Source: Oscillospiraceae bacterium
GTDB taxonomy: Bacteria; Bacillota; Clostridia; Oscillospirales; Ruminococcaceae
Reading direction: 5' to 3'
Length of the DNA: 64,000 bases
Assembly: GCA_020024285.1 (NCBI GenBank)
Contig: JAHHTZ010000008.1
Location: forward strand, 281 to 64,280
Shown here: piece by piece, positions 38,588-48,851 of the stretch
Layout: each line of letters starts with the position of its first letter
Position numbering within the stretch: the first letter of the stretch is position 1
Notes under the pieces: generated by a model
The model's database searches: none
Told to the model about the DNA's origin: nothing
Seen by the model: the letters and a program-made list of their open reading frames with translations, nothing else
Program-made: the position numbers and the translations under genes

Positions 38588-40945
38588 ATGAAACAATGCA
38601 ATCGAATGGAACCGATCGAGCTGCTTCTTCGTGCAGCAACGGGCGGCACACTCAAAACAGCAACGAGCCGCCAGCGCTATGAAGCGCTGTGCGCCGAGCT
38701 GATGGCGGAAATTGCGCCCGTCTGGGAAGAAACCGAGGAAAAACAGCAGCACCAAAAGCGCGCGTACTATATTTCGGCAGAATTTCTGATGGGGCGCGCC
38801 ATCTACAACAATCTCTTTGCGCTGCGCGCGCTGGAGGACGTGAAGCAGGAATGGAAGGAAGCAGGATTTCGCCCCGAGGAGTGGGAGCAGGAGGAGGACG
38901 CAGCGCTCGGAAACGGGGGACTTGGCAGGCTTGCCGCGTGTTTCCTCGATTCGGCGGCGACCCTGCATCTGCCGCTGGATGGCTACGGCATCCGCTACCG
39001 CTTCGGATTGTTCCGCCAGAGCATCGGCAACGGCATTCAAAAGGAAGAACCGGACGACTGGACCCGCGCAGGCGACCCGTGGTCCGTGCGCTGCGAGGAG
39101 GATTCGGTCACCATCTACTTTGCAGGGCAGACGGTTCGCGCCGTGCCCTACGATATGCCGATACTCGGCTTTGGGGGCAAGTGCGTCAACACGCTGCGCC
39201 TGTGGCAGAGCGAACCGATCTGCCCGCTGGACCTCAACGCCTTCAACGACCAAAACTATGCAGAAGCCTTCCGCGAGCAGGAGCAGGCACAGCGCATTTC
39301 TCAGGTGCTGTATCCGAACGATACCACCGACGACGGAAAGATCCTGCGCCTAAAGCAGGAATACTTCCTCGTGAGTGCATCGCTTCAGGACCTCATGAAA
39401 CGCTACAAAGCCGTACATGGAAAAGACTTTGCGTCCTTGGGGGACTGGATCGCCGTCCAGCTCAACGACACCCACCCTGTCCTTGCCATCCCGGAGCTTG
39501 TGCGCATCCTTCTGATGGAGGACGTGGAATGGGACGATGCGGTGCAAATTACAAGGAAGGTCTTTTCCTATACAAACCACACCGTGATGGCGGAGGCGAT
39601 GGAAAAATGGAACGTGGAGCTCTTTACCTCCGTATTGCCGCATATTTATCAAATCATCTGCTCGCTCGATGACACGCTCAAAAAGGAGCTGACCGAAAAG
39701 AACCTCGCGCCGCAACGCTTTGGGGAATATGCCCTCATCGACGGGGGAGAGGTCCACACGGCGCGCCTTGCATCCTATATGAGCCACCGGATCAACGGCG
39801 TTGCAAAAATCCATACCGAAATCCTTAGAGAATCCGTCCTTGCGCCGTGGGCGACGCTCTATCCCGAACGGATCATCAATGAAACAAACGGCATCACGCC
39901 GCGCCGCTGGATCGGGCTGTGCAATCCGCAGCTCTCCGCCCTCATCACAAGGCTTTTGGGGGACGACGGCTGGCTCACCGACCTTTCCCGCCTGGGAGAG
40001 CTCAAACAATATGCAAACGATGACAACATCATCCGCGAATTTTTGCAGATCAAACAGCAGAAAAAGGAGGAGCTGTGCGCCTTTATGCAGCAAAAGGAGC
40101 GCGCCACCCTCGATGCGTCCTCGATGTTTGATATTCAGGTCAAGCGCTTCCATGAATATAAGCGTCAGACCATGAACGCACTGGGACTTTTGATGATTTA
40201 CTTTCGGCTCAAGGACCATAAGCTCGAACACTTCCAGCCGATGACCGTCCTCTTCGGCGGAAAGGCGGCGTCGGGCTATCGCCGCGCAAAGGCTGCCATC
40301 AAGCTCATCCGCGAGATCGCCGTCCTCATCAACACCGACCCCGAGATGCAGGGAAAGCTCAAGGTCGTGTTTGCCATCGACTATAACGTGTCCTATGCGG
40401 AGAAGATCATCCCTGCGGCAGACGTTTCGGAGCAGATTTCCACTGCCGGCACGGAGGCATCCGGTACGAGCAACATGAAGTTTATGGCAAACGGTGCCGT
40501 CACCCTTGGGACGATGGACGGCGCAAACATCGAGATCGTGGAGCAGGCAGGGGAAGAAAACAACTACATCTTCGGCATGCGCGCCAAAGAGGTGCAGAAA
40601 TTGAAGGGCAGCTACGACCCCAAAGCTCTCTGCGCGCAGGACGAGGAGATCCGCCGCGTGCTCGATGCCCTTGTGGACGGGACGCTCGAGGATTCGGGCG
40701 GGATGCTGCGTGAGCTGCACGATTCCCTGCTGGAACCCACCTACAACGACGCCGACCACTATATGGTGCTGGCAGACCTCAAGCCGTATGTCGAGGCAAG
40801 ACTGCGCGCCAACCGCGACTATGATGACAAGCTCTCCTTTGGCAGAAAATGCTGGAACAACCTTTCCTCCTGCGGGATATTTTCGAGTGACCGCACCGTT
40901 CTCGGCTATGCCAAGGATATCTGGAGGATCGAACCGCTTTTCTAA
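38588..40945 (+). CDS. glgP: glycogen/maltodextrin phosphorylase (GT35)
   Basis: PLP-lysine motif EASGTSNMKFMANGA, plus GNGGLGRLAACFLDS. 785 aa. Confidence 0.95.
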   Translation: MKQCNRMEPIELLLRAATGGTLKTATSRQRYEALCAELMAEIAPVWEETEEKQQHQKRAYYISAEFLMGRAIYNNLFALRALEDVKQEWKEAGFRPEEWEQEEDAALGNGGLGRLAACFLDSAATLHLPLDGYGIRYRFGLFRQSIGNGIQKEEPDDWTRAGDPWSVRCEEDSVTIYFAGQTVRAVPYDMPILGFGGKCVNTLRLWQSEPICPLDLNAFNDQNYAEAFREQEQAQRISQVLYPNDTTDDGKILRLKQEYFLVSASLQDLMKRYKAVHGKDFASLGDWIAVQLNDTHPVLAIPELVRILLMEDVEWDDAVQITRKVFSYTNHTVMAEAMEKWNVELFTSVLPHIYQIICSLDDTLKKELTEKNLAPQRFGEYALIDGGEVHTARLASYMSHRINGVAKIHTEILRESVLAPWATLYPERIINETNGITPRRWIGLCNPQLSALITRLLGDDGWLTDLSRLGELKQYANDDNIIREFLQIKQQKKEELCAFMQQKERATLDASSMFDIQVKRFHEYKRQTMNALGLLMIYFRLKDHKLEHFQPMTVLFGGKAASGYRRAKAAIKLIREIAVLINTDPEMQGKLKVVFAIDYNVSYAEKIIPAADVSEQISTAGTEASGTSNMKFMANGAVTLGTMDGANIEIVEQAGEENNYIFGMRAKEVQKLKGSYDPKALCAQDEEIRRVLDALVDGTLEDSGGMLRELHDSLLEPTYNDADHYMVLADLKPYVEARLRANRDYDDKLSFGRKCWNNLSSCGIFSSDRTVLGYAKDIWRIEPLF

Positions 40946-40995
40946 GGCGGAGCATCTTCCGAACGCCAAAAACAAGGAGGGGACAACGCAACGCT

Positions 40996-42288
40996 ATGGA
41001 AGGCAAAAAACAACATCCTGCCGCCTCCCACCGCGATCGTCTTATGCTGCTGTGTGCATTGACGATGGTGGCAGTGGCGCAGCTCAACATCAATCTCATC
41101 ATCAACGGATTTAAAATATCGCTCGGTGTCATCTTCTTCCCGGTGTTTTATTTTCTCATCGAAGATTTTCGCACCGTGTTTGTCACGATGATCGTGGCAC
41201 CGGGGGTGCTTTTTCTGCGCGCCCTCCTCGCCTGGGCGACCAAATTTTCACTGGGGGAATCGATCCTCAACAATGCGCCCGAAATGATCTTCTATCTTCT
41301 ATACGGCGTGCTGTTTTGGATGCTCACCAAAAAGCTCGATTTTCGCAAATACCATCTGAGCCACTTCCTCTACCTCATGGGCATCGACTTCCTCTCCAAC
41401 CTCGGGGAGCTGCTGGTGCGCCTTGGGGGAGGCATCCTCGATGCGCAGATTTTGCAGCGCATCGCTGTGGTGGCGGTGGGGCGCTCCCTTCTGGCGGCGC
41501 TTATCATCGGGGCATTTTCTCTCTACAGCGACCTCACCCTGCGCCGCGACGAGCGCGAGCGGTACAAAAAGCTGCTGTTTTTGGTGTCGCAGATGAAGGG
41601 GGAGCTTATCTGGATGAACAAGAACACCGCCGCCATCGAAAAGACGATGGCGATCTCCTACCAGCTGTACAACGAACTGTCGCAAAGCTCGGAGCCGCAG
41701 CTGGCGCAGAAGGCGCTCACCGTGGCAAAGGACGTGCACGAGGTGAAAAAGGAATATAAGCTCATCATCAAGGGACTGTCCGAAGCGCTCAACACCGAGA
41801 TTCAGGAGAAGGGGATGTGGATCTCCTACCTGCTGGAAATTTTGCAGGAGGGGACAGAGCATCTGTGCGAATCCCTCCAAAAGCAGGCGCATCTTGAGGT
41901 GGTATGCACCGATGATTTTTACACCAATCAGCACTACTACCTCATGTCCATCCTGCGAAACCTGCTGACAAATGCGCTCGAAGCGCTGGAGGAGGGCGAG
42001 GCGCACCTTTTGCTGTGCGTGGAAAAGGCAGGGGACGAAATCGTCTTTTCGGTGGAGGACGACTGCGGCGGCATCGAGGAAGAATATCTCGAGCTCATCT
42101 TCCATCCCGGATTTTCGACGAAGTTCAGCGAAACAACGGGGGAAGTCAACCGCGGGCTGGGGCTCCCGCTTGTCCATGATATGGTGACACAGAAGCTGGG
42201 AGGGACCATCACCGTCCAGCCAAAACCGGGCGGGACCCGCTTTGAAATCAGGATACCGGCAGAAAAACTGGAGGTAATACAGGAATGA
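40996..42288 (+). CDS. membrane sensor histidine kinase (GlnK/YcbA-like)
   Basis: About 5-6 N-terminal TM helices. H-box-like AKDVHEVKKEY. HATPase_c motifs (NLLTNALEA, DDCGGI, GLGLPLV). The start (40996 or an internal ATG) is uncertain. Confidence 0.8.
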   Translation: MEGKKQHPAASHRDRLMLLCALTMVAVAQLNINLIINGFKISLGVIFFPVFYFLIEDFRTVFVTMIVAPGVLFLRALLAWATKFSLGESILNNAPEMIFYLLYGVLFWMLTKKLDFRKYHLSHFLYLMGIDFLSNLGELLVRLGGGILDAQILQRIAVVAVGRSLLAALIIGAFSLYSDLTLRRDERERYKKLLFLVSQMKGELIWMNKNTAAIEKTMAISYQLYNELSQSSEPQLAQKALTVAKDVHEVKKEYKLIIKGLSEALNTEIQEKGMWISYLLEILQEGTEHLCESLQKQAHLEVVCTDDFYTNQHYYLMSILRNLLTNALEALEEGEAHLLLCVEKAGDEIVFSVEDDCGGIEEEYLELIFHPGFSTKFSETTGEVNRGLGLPLVHDMVTQKLGGTITVQPKPGGTRFEIRIPAEKLEVIQE

Positions 42289-43154
42289 AATTATATCTGA
42301 TCGACGACGATGACAACGTTTGCCGCATCCTCAAAATCCTCATTGAGAAGAAAAAGCTCGGGGAAGTGTGCGGCATGGCATCCAACGGACTGGATGCGCT
42401 GGAGGACCTTGCGTACATCACCCCCGACATTGTCATCGTAGATTTGCTGATGCCGCTCATGGACGGCATCACCTTTGTAAAAAAGGCGAAGGAGAGCTAC
42501 CCGGAGCTGAGCTTCATCATGCTCTCGCAGGTGGACAGCAAGGAGATGGTTTCGCAGGCGTATCAAAGCGGCATCACCTTCTTCATCCAAAAGCCCGTCA
42601 ACGGCGTGGAGGTGGAGCGTGTGCTCCTGAGCGTCATCGAAACCATCAAGATGCGCCGCACCTTCAATCAGGTGCAGTCGCTTTTGGGGCTGGAACCGGC
42701 AGCGGCAAGCCAGCTCATCGATGAGCTGGGAAAACCGGCAGTGTCAAGGGAAGAAAAACCGTATATGAAGAAGATGCGCTCCATCCTGCAAACGCTGGGC
42801 ATCCTCGGCGAGAGCGGCAGCGGCGATATCCTCACAGTGGGGGAATATATCATCGAGCAAAACTCTGAGGACGGGCGCTTTTCGGTTTCCGATCTGTGCA
42901 GCCGCTTTTCCCCCGCAAACCCCAAGGCGATGGAGCAGCGCATCCGCCGCGCCGTGGCGTCAGGGCTTACAAACCTTGCCAATATGGGCATCGAAACCTA
43001 CGGCAGCGAAACCTTCAACGAGCTGGCAGGAAGCCTTTACAGCTTTGAGCAGATCCGCCGCGAGATGGATTATATCCGCGGAAAATCCGACCTGCACGGC
43101 AAGGTGTCACTGAAAAACTTCATCAATGCACTCGTCTTTGCAAGCACCAATTAA
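42285..43154 (+). CDS. response regulator with YcbB/GlnL-type output domain
   Basis: Overlaps the kinase stop (ATGA). REC domain (LIDDD...VDLLMPLMDG...K). The C-terminal non-canonical output domain resembles GlnL (YcbB). Confidence 0.78.
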   Translation: MKLYLIDDDDNVCRILKILIEKKKLGEVCGMASNGLDALEDLAYITPDIVIVDLLMPLMDGITFVKKAKESYPELSFIMLSQVDSKEMVSQAYQSGITFFIQKPVNGVEVERVLLSVIETIKMRRTFNQVQSLLGLEPAAASQLIDELGKPAVSREEKPYMKKMRSILQTLGILGESGSGDILTVGEYIIEQNSEDGRFSVSDLCSRFSPANPKAMEQRIRRAVASGLTNLANMGIETYGSETFNELAGSLYSFEQIRREMDYIRGKSDLHGKVSLKNFINALVFASTN

Positions 43155-43186
43155 GCCTCTTGTGCATCGCGCAAAGGGGCGCAGCG

Positions 43187-43222
43187 CAAAAATCCCCGGC
43201 ACAGAACGTGCCGGGGATTTTT
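43187..43222. terminator. bidirectional terminator
   Basis: Hairpin aaaaatccccggcac-agaac-gtgccggggattttt. Confidence 0.75.
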
Positions 43223-43265
43223 GCATTAGGATGTAATGACAACAGATAAAGATGGAATTGTTAAA

Positions 43266-44321
43266 TTATGCTTCCTCTGCAACACCGGCTGCATCGGGAA
43301 GGCAGGACTCCTTCTTGGCAGCGGATTTTTTGGCTTCCAGACGGCTGAAGACCATACCGCCTACATAGCCTGCGGCAAGACCGCCCAGAGCAGCCAGTAC
43401 CAGTGCGCAGATCACGTTGAATGCAGGGTTAAATCCGAACGGGGCAATCATACCGGGGATCGGGGAAGCAGTGCCGGGTGCGTTGTTCACGATGCCGAAG
43501 GCTGCTGCTGCAAGTCCAGCCAGACCGCCGCCGAAGAAGTTGGAAACGAAGATCGGGATCGGGTGAGCGGTGATGATGTGTGCCTGGGTGAGTGGTTCGA
43601 GCATAACCGCGATCATGTTGCTGCGGTCGCCGTATTTCATTTTGTGGAAGATCATGCCGTTTGTGAAGGAACCGCCGAAGCATGCGATGGCTGCGATACC
43701 CATAGGAAGACCGGTCAGACCGAGCATTGCGGTGAGTGCCATCGAGCTCAAAGGAGAGGTGCAGATCATCTTCATGATGCCGCCGAGGAGGAAGCCCATC
43801 ACGATCGGGGACTGCTCGGCTGCTGCGGAGATGGTGCCGCCGATGAGGTTCAAAACGGAGCTGACAGCCGGGTCCACGGCAACGGCAATCAGACGAGCCA
43901 GCGGAGCCACGGTGAGTGCGCCGAGGATGACGTCAAGACCGGTGGGCAGATATTTTTCAATGTAAGGAGAGATCAAACCGATTGCATAGCCTGCGATGAA
44001 GCCCGGCAGGATGCCGAAGCCGCCGCATGCAAGACCGCCCACAAGAGCGAATACCGGGTTTGCACCCATTGCGATCGGAACCATAGTGGCTGCTGCCACA
44101 CCGGACAGGCTGCCGGATACAGAGCCGACCTGTGCAAGGAAGGAGATCCCAAGCAGGTCGCCGGTGATGAACTTGTGGACTGCCTCGATCAGAAACGATG
44201 CTACCGCAGCATTTGCCATACCGGACATCGCCTGAGAGCCTTTTGGACATTTTAGACTAAATACAGAAAACATTGCAAGTGTCAAAAGCAAAAATCCCAT
44301 TCCAGATAAAATTGTAAGCAT
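43266..44321 (-). CDS. polytopic permease, stand-alone PTS EIIC-like (EIIC_2-type)
   Basis: About 10 TM helices, rich in Gly and Ala. Resembles orphan 'PTS transporter subunit IIC' proteins of Clostridia, from memory. No EIIA, EIIB or HPr gene is nearby. Confidence 0.5.
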   Translation of the reverse strand: MLTILSGMGFLLLTLAMFSVFSLKCPKGSQAMSGMANAAVASFLIEAVHKFITGDLLGISFLAQVGSVSGSLSGVAAATMVPIAMGANPVFALVGGLACGGFGILPGFIAGYAIGLISPYIEKYLPTGLDVILGALTVAPLARLIAVAVDPAVSSVLNLIGGTISAAAEQSPIVMGFLLGGIMKMICTSPLSSMALTAMLGLTGLPMGIAAIACFGGSFTNGMIFHKMKYGDRSNMIAVMLEPLTQAHIITAHPIPIFVSNFFGGGLAGLAAAAFGIVNNAPGTASPIPGMIAPFGFNPAFNVICALVLAALGGLAAGYVGGMVFSRLEAKKSAAKKESCLPDAAGVAEEA

Positions 44322-44719
44322 TTTTTGTATCCTCCTATTACATTTTGGTATCTCGTGTTGTGTTTCATTTTCTGATTGTGATTATAATGACGAGACTCAA
44401 AAAACTACAGAAAGTTACAAAAAAATACTTGTCAATTTTTTGTCAATCTATCACTTTGTCAAATTACGTTATCTGAATCCTGCATAAACGAACAAACTAT
44501 ACAAAGAAAAGCCCGGATTCCACCGCGTCTTCTCAGGAAAAATTTGCAAGCTCACTGTAAGAGGGATGCAAAAAGGAAATTTGTGTTTTTTTATCAGACA
44601 ATAGGACTTGAAGCGGTGCCGAGCGAAAAAAATGCAAAAACAAAAAAGAGAAGCCGAAGCTCCTCTTTTTTGAAAGGAATAGGGGAAAAATAAAACATAG
44701 AAGAACGCAATTTAATTTC

Positions 44720-47362
44720 CTACGCAAGTGCGCCGCTTGTGATGATGATATCACCGCCCATGTTTGTTGTGAAGTGAACAAATCCATGGGAGTCAATGGT
44801 ATAGTTTACGTTGCGCATTGCATTGTAGGTATTTGTAGCACGGTCGTAGCGGTAGAATTTCAGTGCATTTTTGTCCATACCGCTGAGATCTGCCTTTACA
44901 GCTGCACGCACCGGCATTCCGAAGCTGCCGCTGTGGGACAGGGTAACGACCTCAAGATTATTGCTGAAATATTTATGGAAAATCTTCTCAACAGACTGTG
45001 CTGCTTTGGAAGAGGTGCTGATACCCAGCTTGATCTCGCCTTTAAGGTTTGCAGCCTTTTGTGCATCAAGATAAAGACGTCCTTCTGTCACGCCCTTCAC
45101 CACGGTATCTGCCATGAGGGTGGCTTGTCCGCCTTTTTTCGCTGCTGCCTGTGCCATATCCCTGAGGGTTGCAGAGGATACTGTTTTTGCATTTTCTACA
45201 AGAACAGAAGCGTTTTTGTTTTCGGAGTTTAGCATTTCCTTTATTTTTGCTGCAACTTTATTTGTATTTACGGTTCCGTCTTTATTGACGTTTGCAGAGG
45301 TTTTCTCAGCTCTCGATACGGAAGATCTGCGTGTTTCGCTGTCACGATCATGAGAAGAGCTGTGATGCTCTTTGTTGCTGCTGCTTCCGCCGTTATTGCT
45401 GCTGCTTCCGCCGGAGGAACCCTTGTCCTCGTTTACGGTGAGGGTAAAGCTGGATTCTTTTGTGCCTTTTTTCGTAGCTTTGTCCGTAGCGGTTACAGTA
45501 ATGTTGTAAACACCTGGCTGCAATTTCTGGGCGAGCATTAGTTGTTTGCCCTCTACCTTGAACATTTTCATATCTACTGGCTCGTTGCCACGCATTACCT
45601 TAGTCACAGCGTAAAGGACATTCTCGTATGGCTGGGAATCGGTACCTGTTGCAGAGAGGGTGCTCAGAGAGGTGCCCTCTTTGTTTTTAGAATCGGAAAC
45701 AGCGAAGGAAGCGTTTGTCGAAGTCATGCTAAAGCCATCGAGAGTTACATTATAATCAGGGTCAAAGTTAAAGGTGAGCGTACCCCCTTGCCCGCCATCT
45801 GCGGATGTTCCCTTGACTGTAACGACGTAGGTTCCTTTTTCAGTCAATGCCTTTTCGACTTTCAACTCATCGCCTTTAACCTTAAAGCTGCCTTTGTGAT
45901 CGCCACTTCCGTTCAATTTGGCAGAAATGACTTCGTATGTTACATCACCAATGTAGGTATTGCCACCGCTATCCTGCGCTTTGAGTACAGCAAGGGTCTT
46001 TCCGACAGGTGCTTTGGTAACAGGATTCTCCAATGCATGGGTATCAACAAAAATTTTCTCAAATTTTACGTTGCTCTGGCCGGTTACCGTGAGGTCAAAG
46101 GTTGCAGTGGCTGGATGTGCCTGTCCATCTTTGGTGACCTTGACTGTGATTTTGTACTTGCCCGCAGGAGTTGGATTCCAAATTTTGAGCCCATTTTTGT
46201 CTGCGGTAAAGTAGCCTTGCCTAGTAACGTCAGCACCATCTTTGGTTGCGGTAACATCGTATGTAAGGTCAGACAGGATGTCTTGATTAAGCTGATTTTT
46301 TACAGTAATATCTGCGAGCTTTACTTTTTCTTGAGTATCATTGACATTAATGCTGTTCTTTTGCTCTCCGAAGGTAACGCTGGCAGCTTCTTCTGTAAAT
46401 GTAACATCGTATGTATTTTCATTCAAGGCATAGAGTAATGTAGAATCCTCTGCGTTGAGTCCGGTAAAGTCGACTTTATATGTTTTTCCCAGTTCAAATT
46501 CTTTTTCATCACCCAGCCAAACTTCGAATTTGCTGTTATGGACAGACAAACGACCCACACCGCCTACAGAAGAACCGGTGGCTGCGTCTTTCACATCGAC
46601 AAAAGTCGAAAGGGCAGTTAATCTGTAGTCAAGCCAAGCCTGATCTTCCTCAGTCATATTCTCAACATCAAACTCAACGATACCATACTTCTTATTTGTT
46701 GAATTTTTGATGACACGAGGATTGGAAAGAGTAATTGTCTTTTTATCCGGCGTGGTAAACTCAATCGTTTTGAGCTTATGTTTTCCTGCCTCATCCACCA
46801 GTTCTTCGGAAAATGTGATGGTGTATGCTTTATCTGCCTGAAGGAAGTTCTTTGTTTCCAAGATGAGAGTACCTTTCTCGACCCGTGCAGACAGCACAAT
46901 AGGATCACTCTCCGTTCCCTGTCCCTTCACAGTTATCTTACCACCCTTTGCTGCTTCCTCCACTTTTTGTGCAAGACTGTTGAGTGCATCGGAGTCTGTA
47001 GGGGTCAGTTTGATAATGTGACCTGTTGGACTTCCTGTTTTGTCCTTTACAATTTTAGCCATTTTATCAAATGTCAAATCCTGCGCCATTGCTGCCGGCA
47101 GTGCAGCGTCTGTTTCCGATACAGTCCTCATAGCAGGGGTGACATCCACGCCGCTGTCAACCTCTGACTGTCCCTGCTGTGCGGGGGCAGCAGCCTCACC
47201 ATCGGAAACAACCGCTCCGCTTTCCTTGGAGGGCACAGAAGCTTCCTCAGAGGATGCAGGAGCTTCCCCGGAGAGTGCAGGGGCAGGATCTTCTGCTACT
47301 GTCGAAACTGCCATGGAAGCCAGCATCGAAACGACCAGAAGCATAGAAAGCGTTTTTTTCAT
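44720..47362 (-). CDS. large secreted surface protein with tandem Ig-like repeats and a C-terminal module shared with the 24991..26442 protein
   Basis: Signal peptide MKKTLSMLLVVSMLASMAVSTVA. At least three Ig-like repeats of about 90 aa (...GKYKITVKVTKDG..., ...GTYVVTVKGTSADG..., ...GVYNITVTATDKAT...). A Ser/Gly/His-rich linker follows. Confidence 0.8.
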   Translation of the reverse strand: MKKTLSMLLVVSMLASMAVSTVAEDPAPALSGEAPASSEEASVPSKESGAVVSDGEAAAPAQQGQSEVDSGVDVTPAMRTVSETDAALPAAMAQDLTFDKMAKIVKDKTGSPTGHIIKLTPTDSDALNSLAQKVEEAAKGGKITVKGQGTESDPIVLSARVEKGTLILETKNFLQADKAYTITFSEELVDEAGKHKLKTIEFTTPDKKTITLSNPRVIKNSTNKKYGIVEFDVENMTEEDQAWLDYRLTALSTFVDVKDAATGSSVGGVGRLSVHNSKFEVWLGDEKEFELGKTYKVDFTGLNAEDSTLLYALNENTYDVTFTEEAASVTFGEQKNSINVNDTQEKVKLADITVKNQLNQDILSDLTYDVTATKDGADVTRQGYFTADKNGLKIWNPTPAGKYKITVKVTKDGQAHPATATFDLTVTGQSNVKFEKIFVDTHALENPVTKAPVGKTLAVLKAQDSGGNTYIGDVTYEVISAKLNGSGDHKGSFKVKGDELKVEKALTEKGTYVVTVKGTSADGGQGGTLTFNFDPDYNVTLDGFSMTSTNASFAVSDSKNKEGTSLSTLSATGTDSQPYENVLYAVTKVMRGNEPVDMKMFKVEGKQLMLAQKLQPGVYNITVTATDKATKKGTKESSFTLTVNEDKGSSGGSSSNNGGSSSNKEHHSSSHDRDSETRRSSVSRAEKTSANVNKDGTVNTNKVAAKIKEMLNSENKNASVLVENAKTVSSATLRDMAQAAAKKGGQATLMADTVVKGVTEGRLYLDAQKAANLKGEIKLGISTSSKAAQSVEKIFHKYFSNNLEVVTLSHSGSFGMPVRAAVKADLSGMDKNALKFYRYDRATNTYNAMRNVNYTIDSHGFVHFTTNMGGDIIITSGALA

Positions 47363-47627
47363 TTTAAAATTCCTCCTATTTTGTAGAACACTTTATTCTC
47401 ACCCCTATTCTATCACACAGAGTTACGTTCTTTCAATGAAATTTTTCCCAAATACCTCGGGGGCAAACTTTAATTTTTGGGAACGATTTTCCAAAACCGT
47501 GGTGACTACAGGCAGGAAAAAATGCTGATCCTGCGGTGTACAGGCAAAGCACCCTTCCCCCTGCCATAAACATAGATAAGGAAGAATCCTGCATTTTTCT
47601 AAAAACTATCGGAAAGGACGGATCGTT

Positions 47628-48014
47628 ATGATGACCACATTGCTGATGGCTTTGTCGAATATGGTGCTGTTTGCGCTGCATATCCCTGCCATCGGCTCAT
47701 TCCCAAAGCCCCTGAGCAAGGAGGAGGAACAGGACTGCCTGAAGCGGCTCAAGGAGGGCGACGAAGAGGCGAAGGCGACCCTCATCGAGCACAACCTGCG
47801 TCTGGTGGCGCACATCATCAAAAAATACTATTCCACCTACCGCGAGCAGGAGGACCTCATCTCCATCGGGACCATCGGGCTCATCAAGGCAGTTTCGAGC
47901 TTTGATTACACGAAGGGGACGAAGTTTTCGACCTATGCGTCCAAATGTATCGAAAATGCTATCCTATCATCAGCGAACGGGAAACCCCCATTTACACAGT
48001 GCAGAGAAATATGA
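47628..48014 (+). pseudogene. sigK: 5' segment of sigK (pro-sigma-K): pro-sequence and regions 1.2-2.4 only, either split or truncated
   Basis: GSFPKPLSKEEEQ..., IEHNLRLVAHIIKKY and DLISIGTIGLIKAV...KFSTYASKCIEN are sigma-K hallmarks. Similarity ends right after ...CIEN (about nt 47958), and an unrelated 18-codon tail runs to a stop. Regions 3 and 4 are found nowhere in the window. Confidence 0.7.
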
Positions 48015-48082
48015 TAGAATGGCACTAAAACAGGCGCATAGAACAGCAGGAATGTGCGATCCGATCAAAGGGAGGGATTTTT

Positions 48083-48646
48083 TTGGCAAACACAACGAAG
48101 CGCGCGCTCGAAGCATCGCTCAAAAAGCTGATGCTCAAAAAGCCGCTCGACAAAATCACCATCGGGGACCTCACCGCCGACTGCGGCATCAGCCGGATGG
48201 CATTTTACTATCATTTTAAGGATATTTACGATCTGGTGGAATGGGTGTGCTTTGAGGATGCAAGACAGGCACTTCAGGGGAAAAAGACCCACGACACCTG
48301 GCAGGAGGGGCTGCTTCAGATTTTTGAAGTCGTGCTGGAAAACAAACCCTTCGTTCTCAACGCCTATCACTGTATAAACCGCGAGCAAATGGAGAATTAT
48401 TTATTTGCACTCACTTATCGCCTGATCCGCGATGTGGTGGAGGAAAAGAGCGGCGGGCTTGCAATCTCCGAGGACGATAAGGCGTTCATTGCGGATTTTT
48501 ACAAGTACAGCTTTGTCGGGGTGATGCTCGACTGGATCAAGCGGGGCATGAACGACGATTATCAGGAGCTGGTGCGAAAAATCACCACCACGCTGTACGG
48601 CAGCATGGCAAATTCCATCCGCAACTTTGTTTCAAATTCACAATAA
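48083..48646 (+). CDS. TetR-family regulator (DhaS-like)
   Basis: TTG start after AAAGGGAGGGA. HTH region ITIGDLTADCGISRMAFYYHFKDIYDLVEW. Confidence 0.82.
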   Translation: MANTTKRALEASLKKLMLKKPLDKITIGDLTADCGISRMAFYYHFKDIYDLVEWVCFEDARQALQGKKTHDTWQEGLLQIFEVVLENKPFVLNAYHCINREQMENYLFALTYRLIRDVVEEKSGGLAISEDDKAFIADFYKYSFVGVMLDWIKRGMNDDYQELVRKITTTLYGSMANSIRNFVSNSQ

Positions 48647-48729
48647 AAAATCGAGCGGCTGTCCCTATGCGGCTGCATTTTTCCACCATCCCGACACCCT
48701 GCGGTGCAAAGTTTTTACAATCTGTGCCT

Positions 48730-48750
48730 GATGATAAGCTTTTTATCATC
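48730..48750. promoter_or_regulatory. candidate TetR operator
   Basis: Perfect 8-bp-arm inverted repeat GATGATAA-gcttt-TTATCATC between the tetR and oleate hydratase genes. Confidence 0.4.
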
Positions 48751-48851
48751 GGCGCCGCTTTGTAAATTGCGCAAACGCAAAATGAGCGATAAGATAGGGT
48801 CATAGAAAAACCATCGGCAATGTGTGAAATCTTGGAAAGGCGGTTATTTTT

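Noticed and set aside
33127-40975. Long antisense or alternative-frame ORFs (33127..34581 -, 34439..35338 +, 35775..37100 +, 37616..39253 -, 38689..39672 +, 39350..40975 -).
   Set aside because: Each overlaps a confidently identified gene (aminopeptidase P, MscS, DUF4349, MalQ or GlgP), and their Arg/Gly/Ala-rich composition is typical of off-frame translation.
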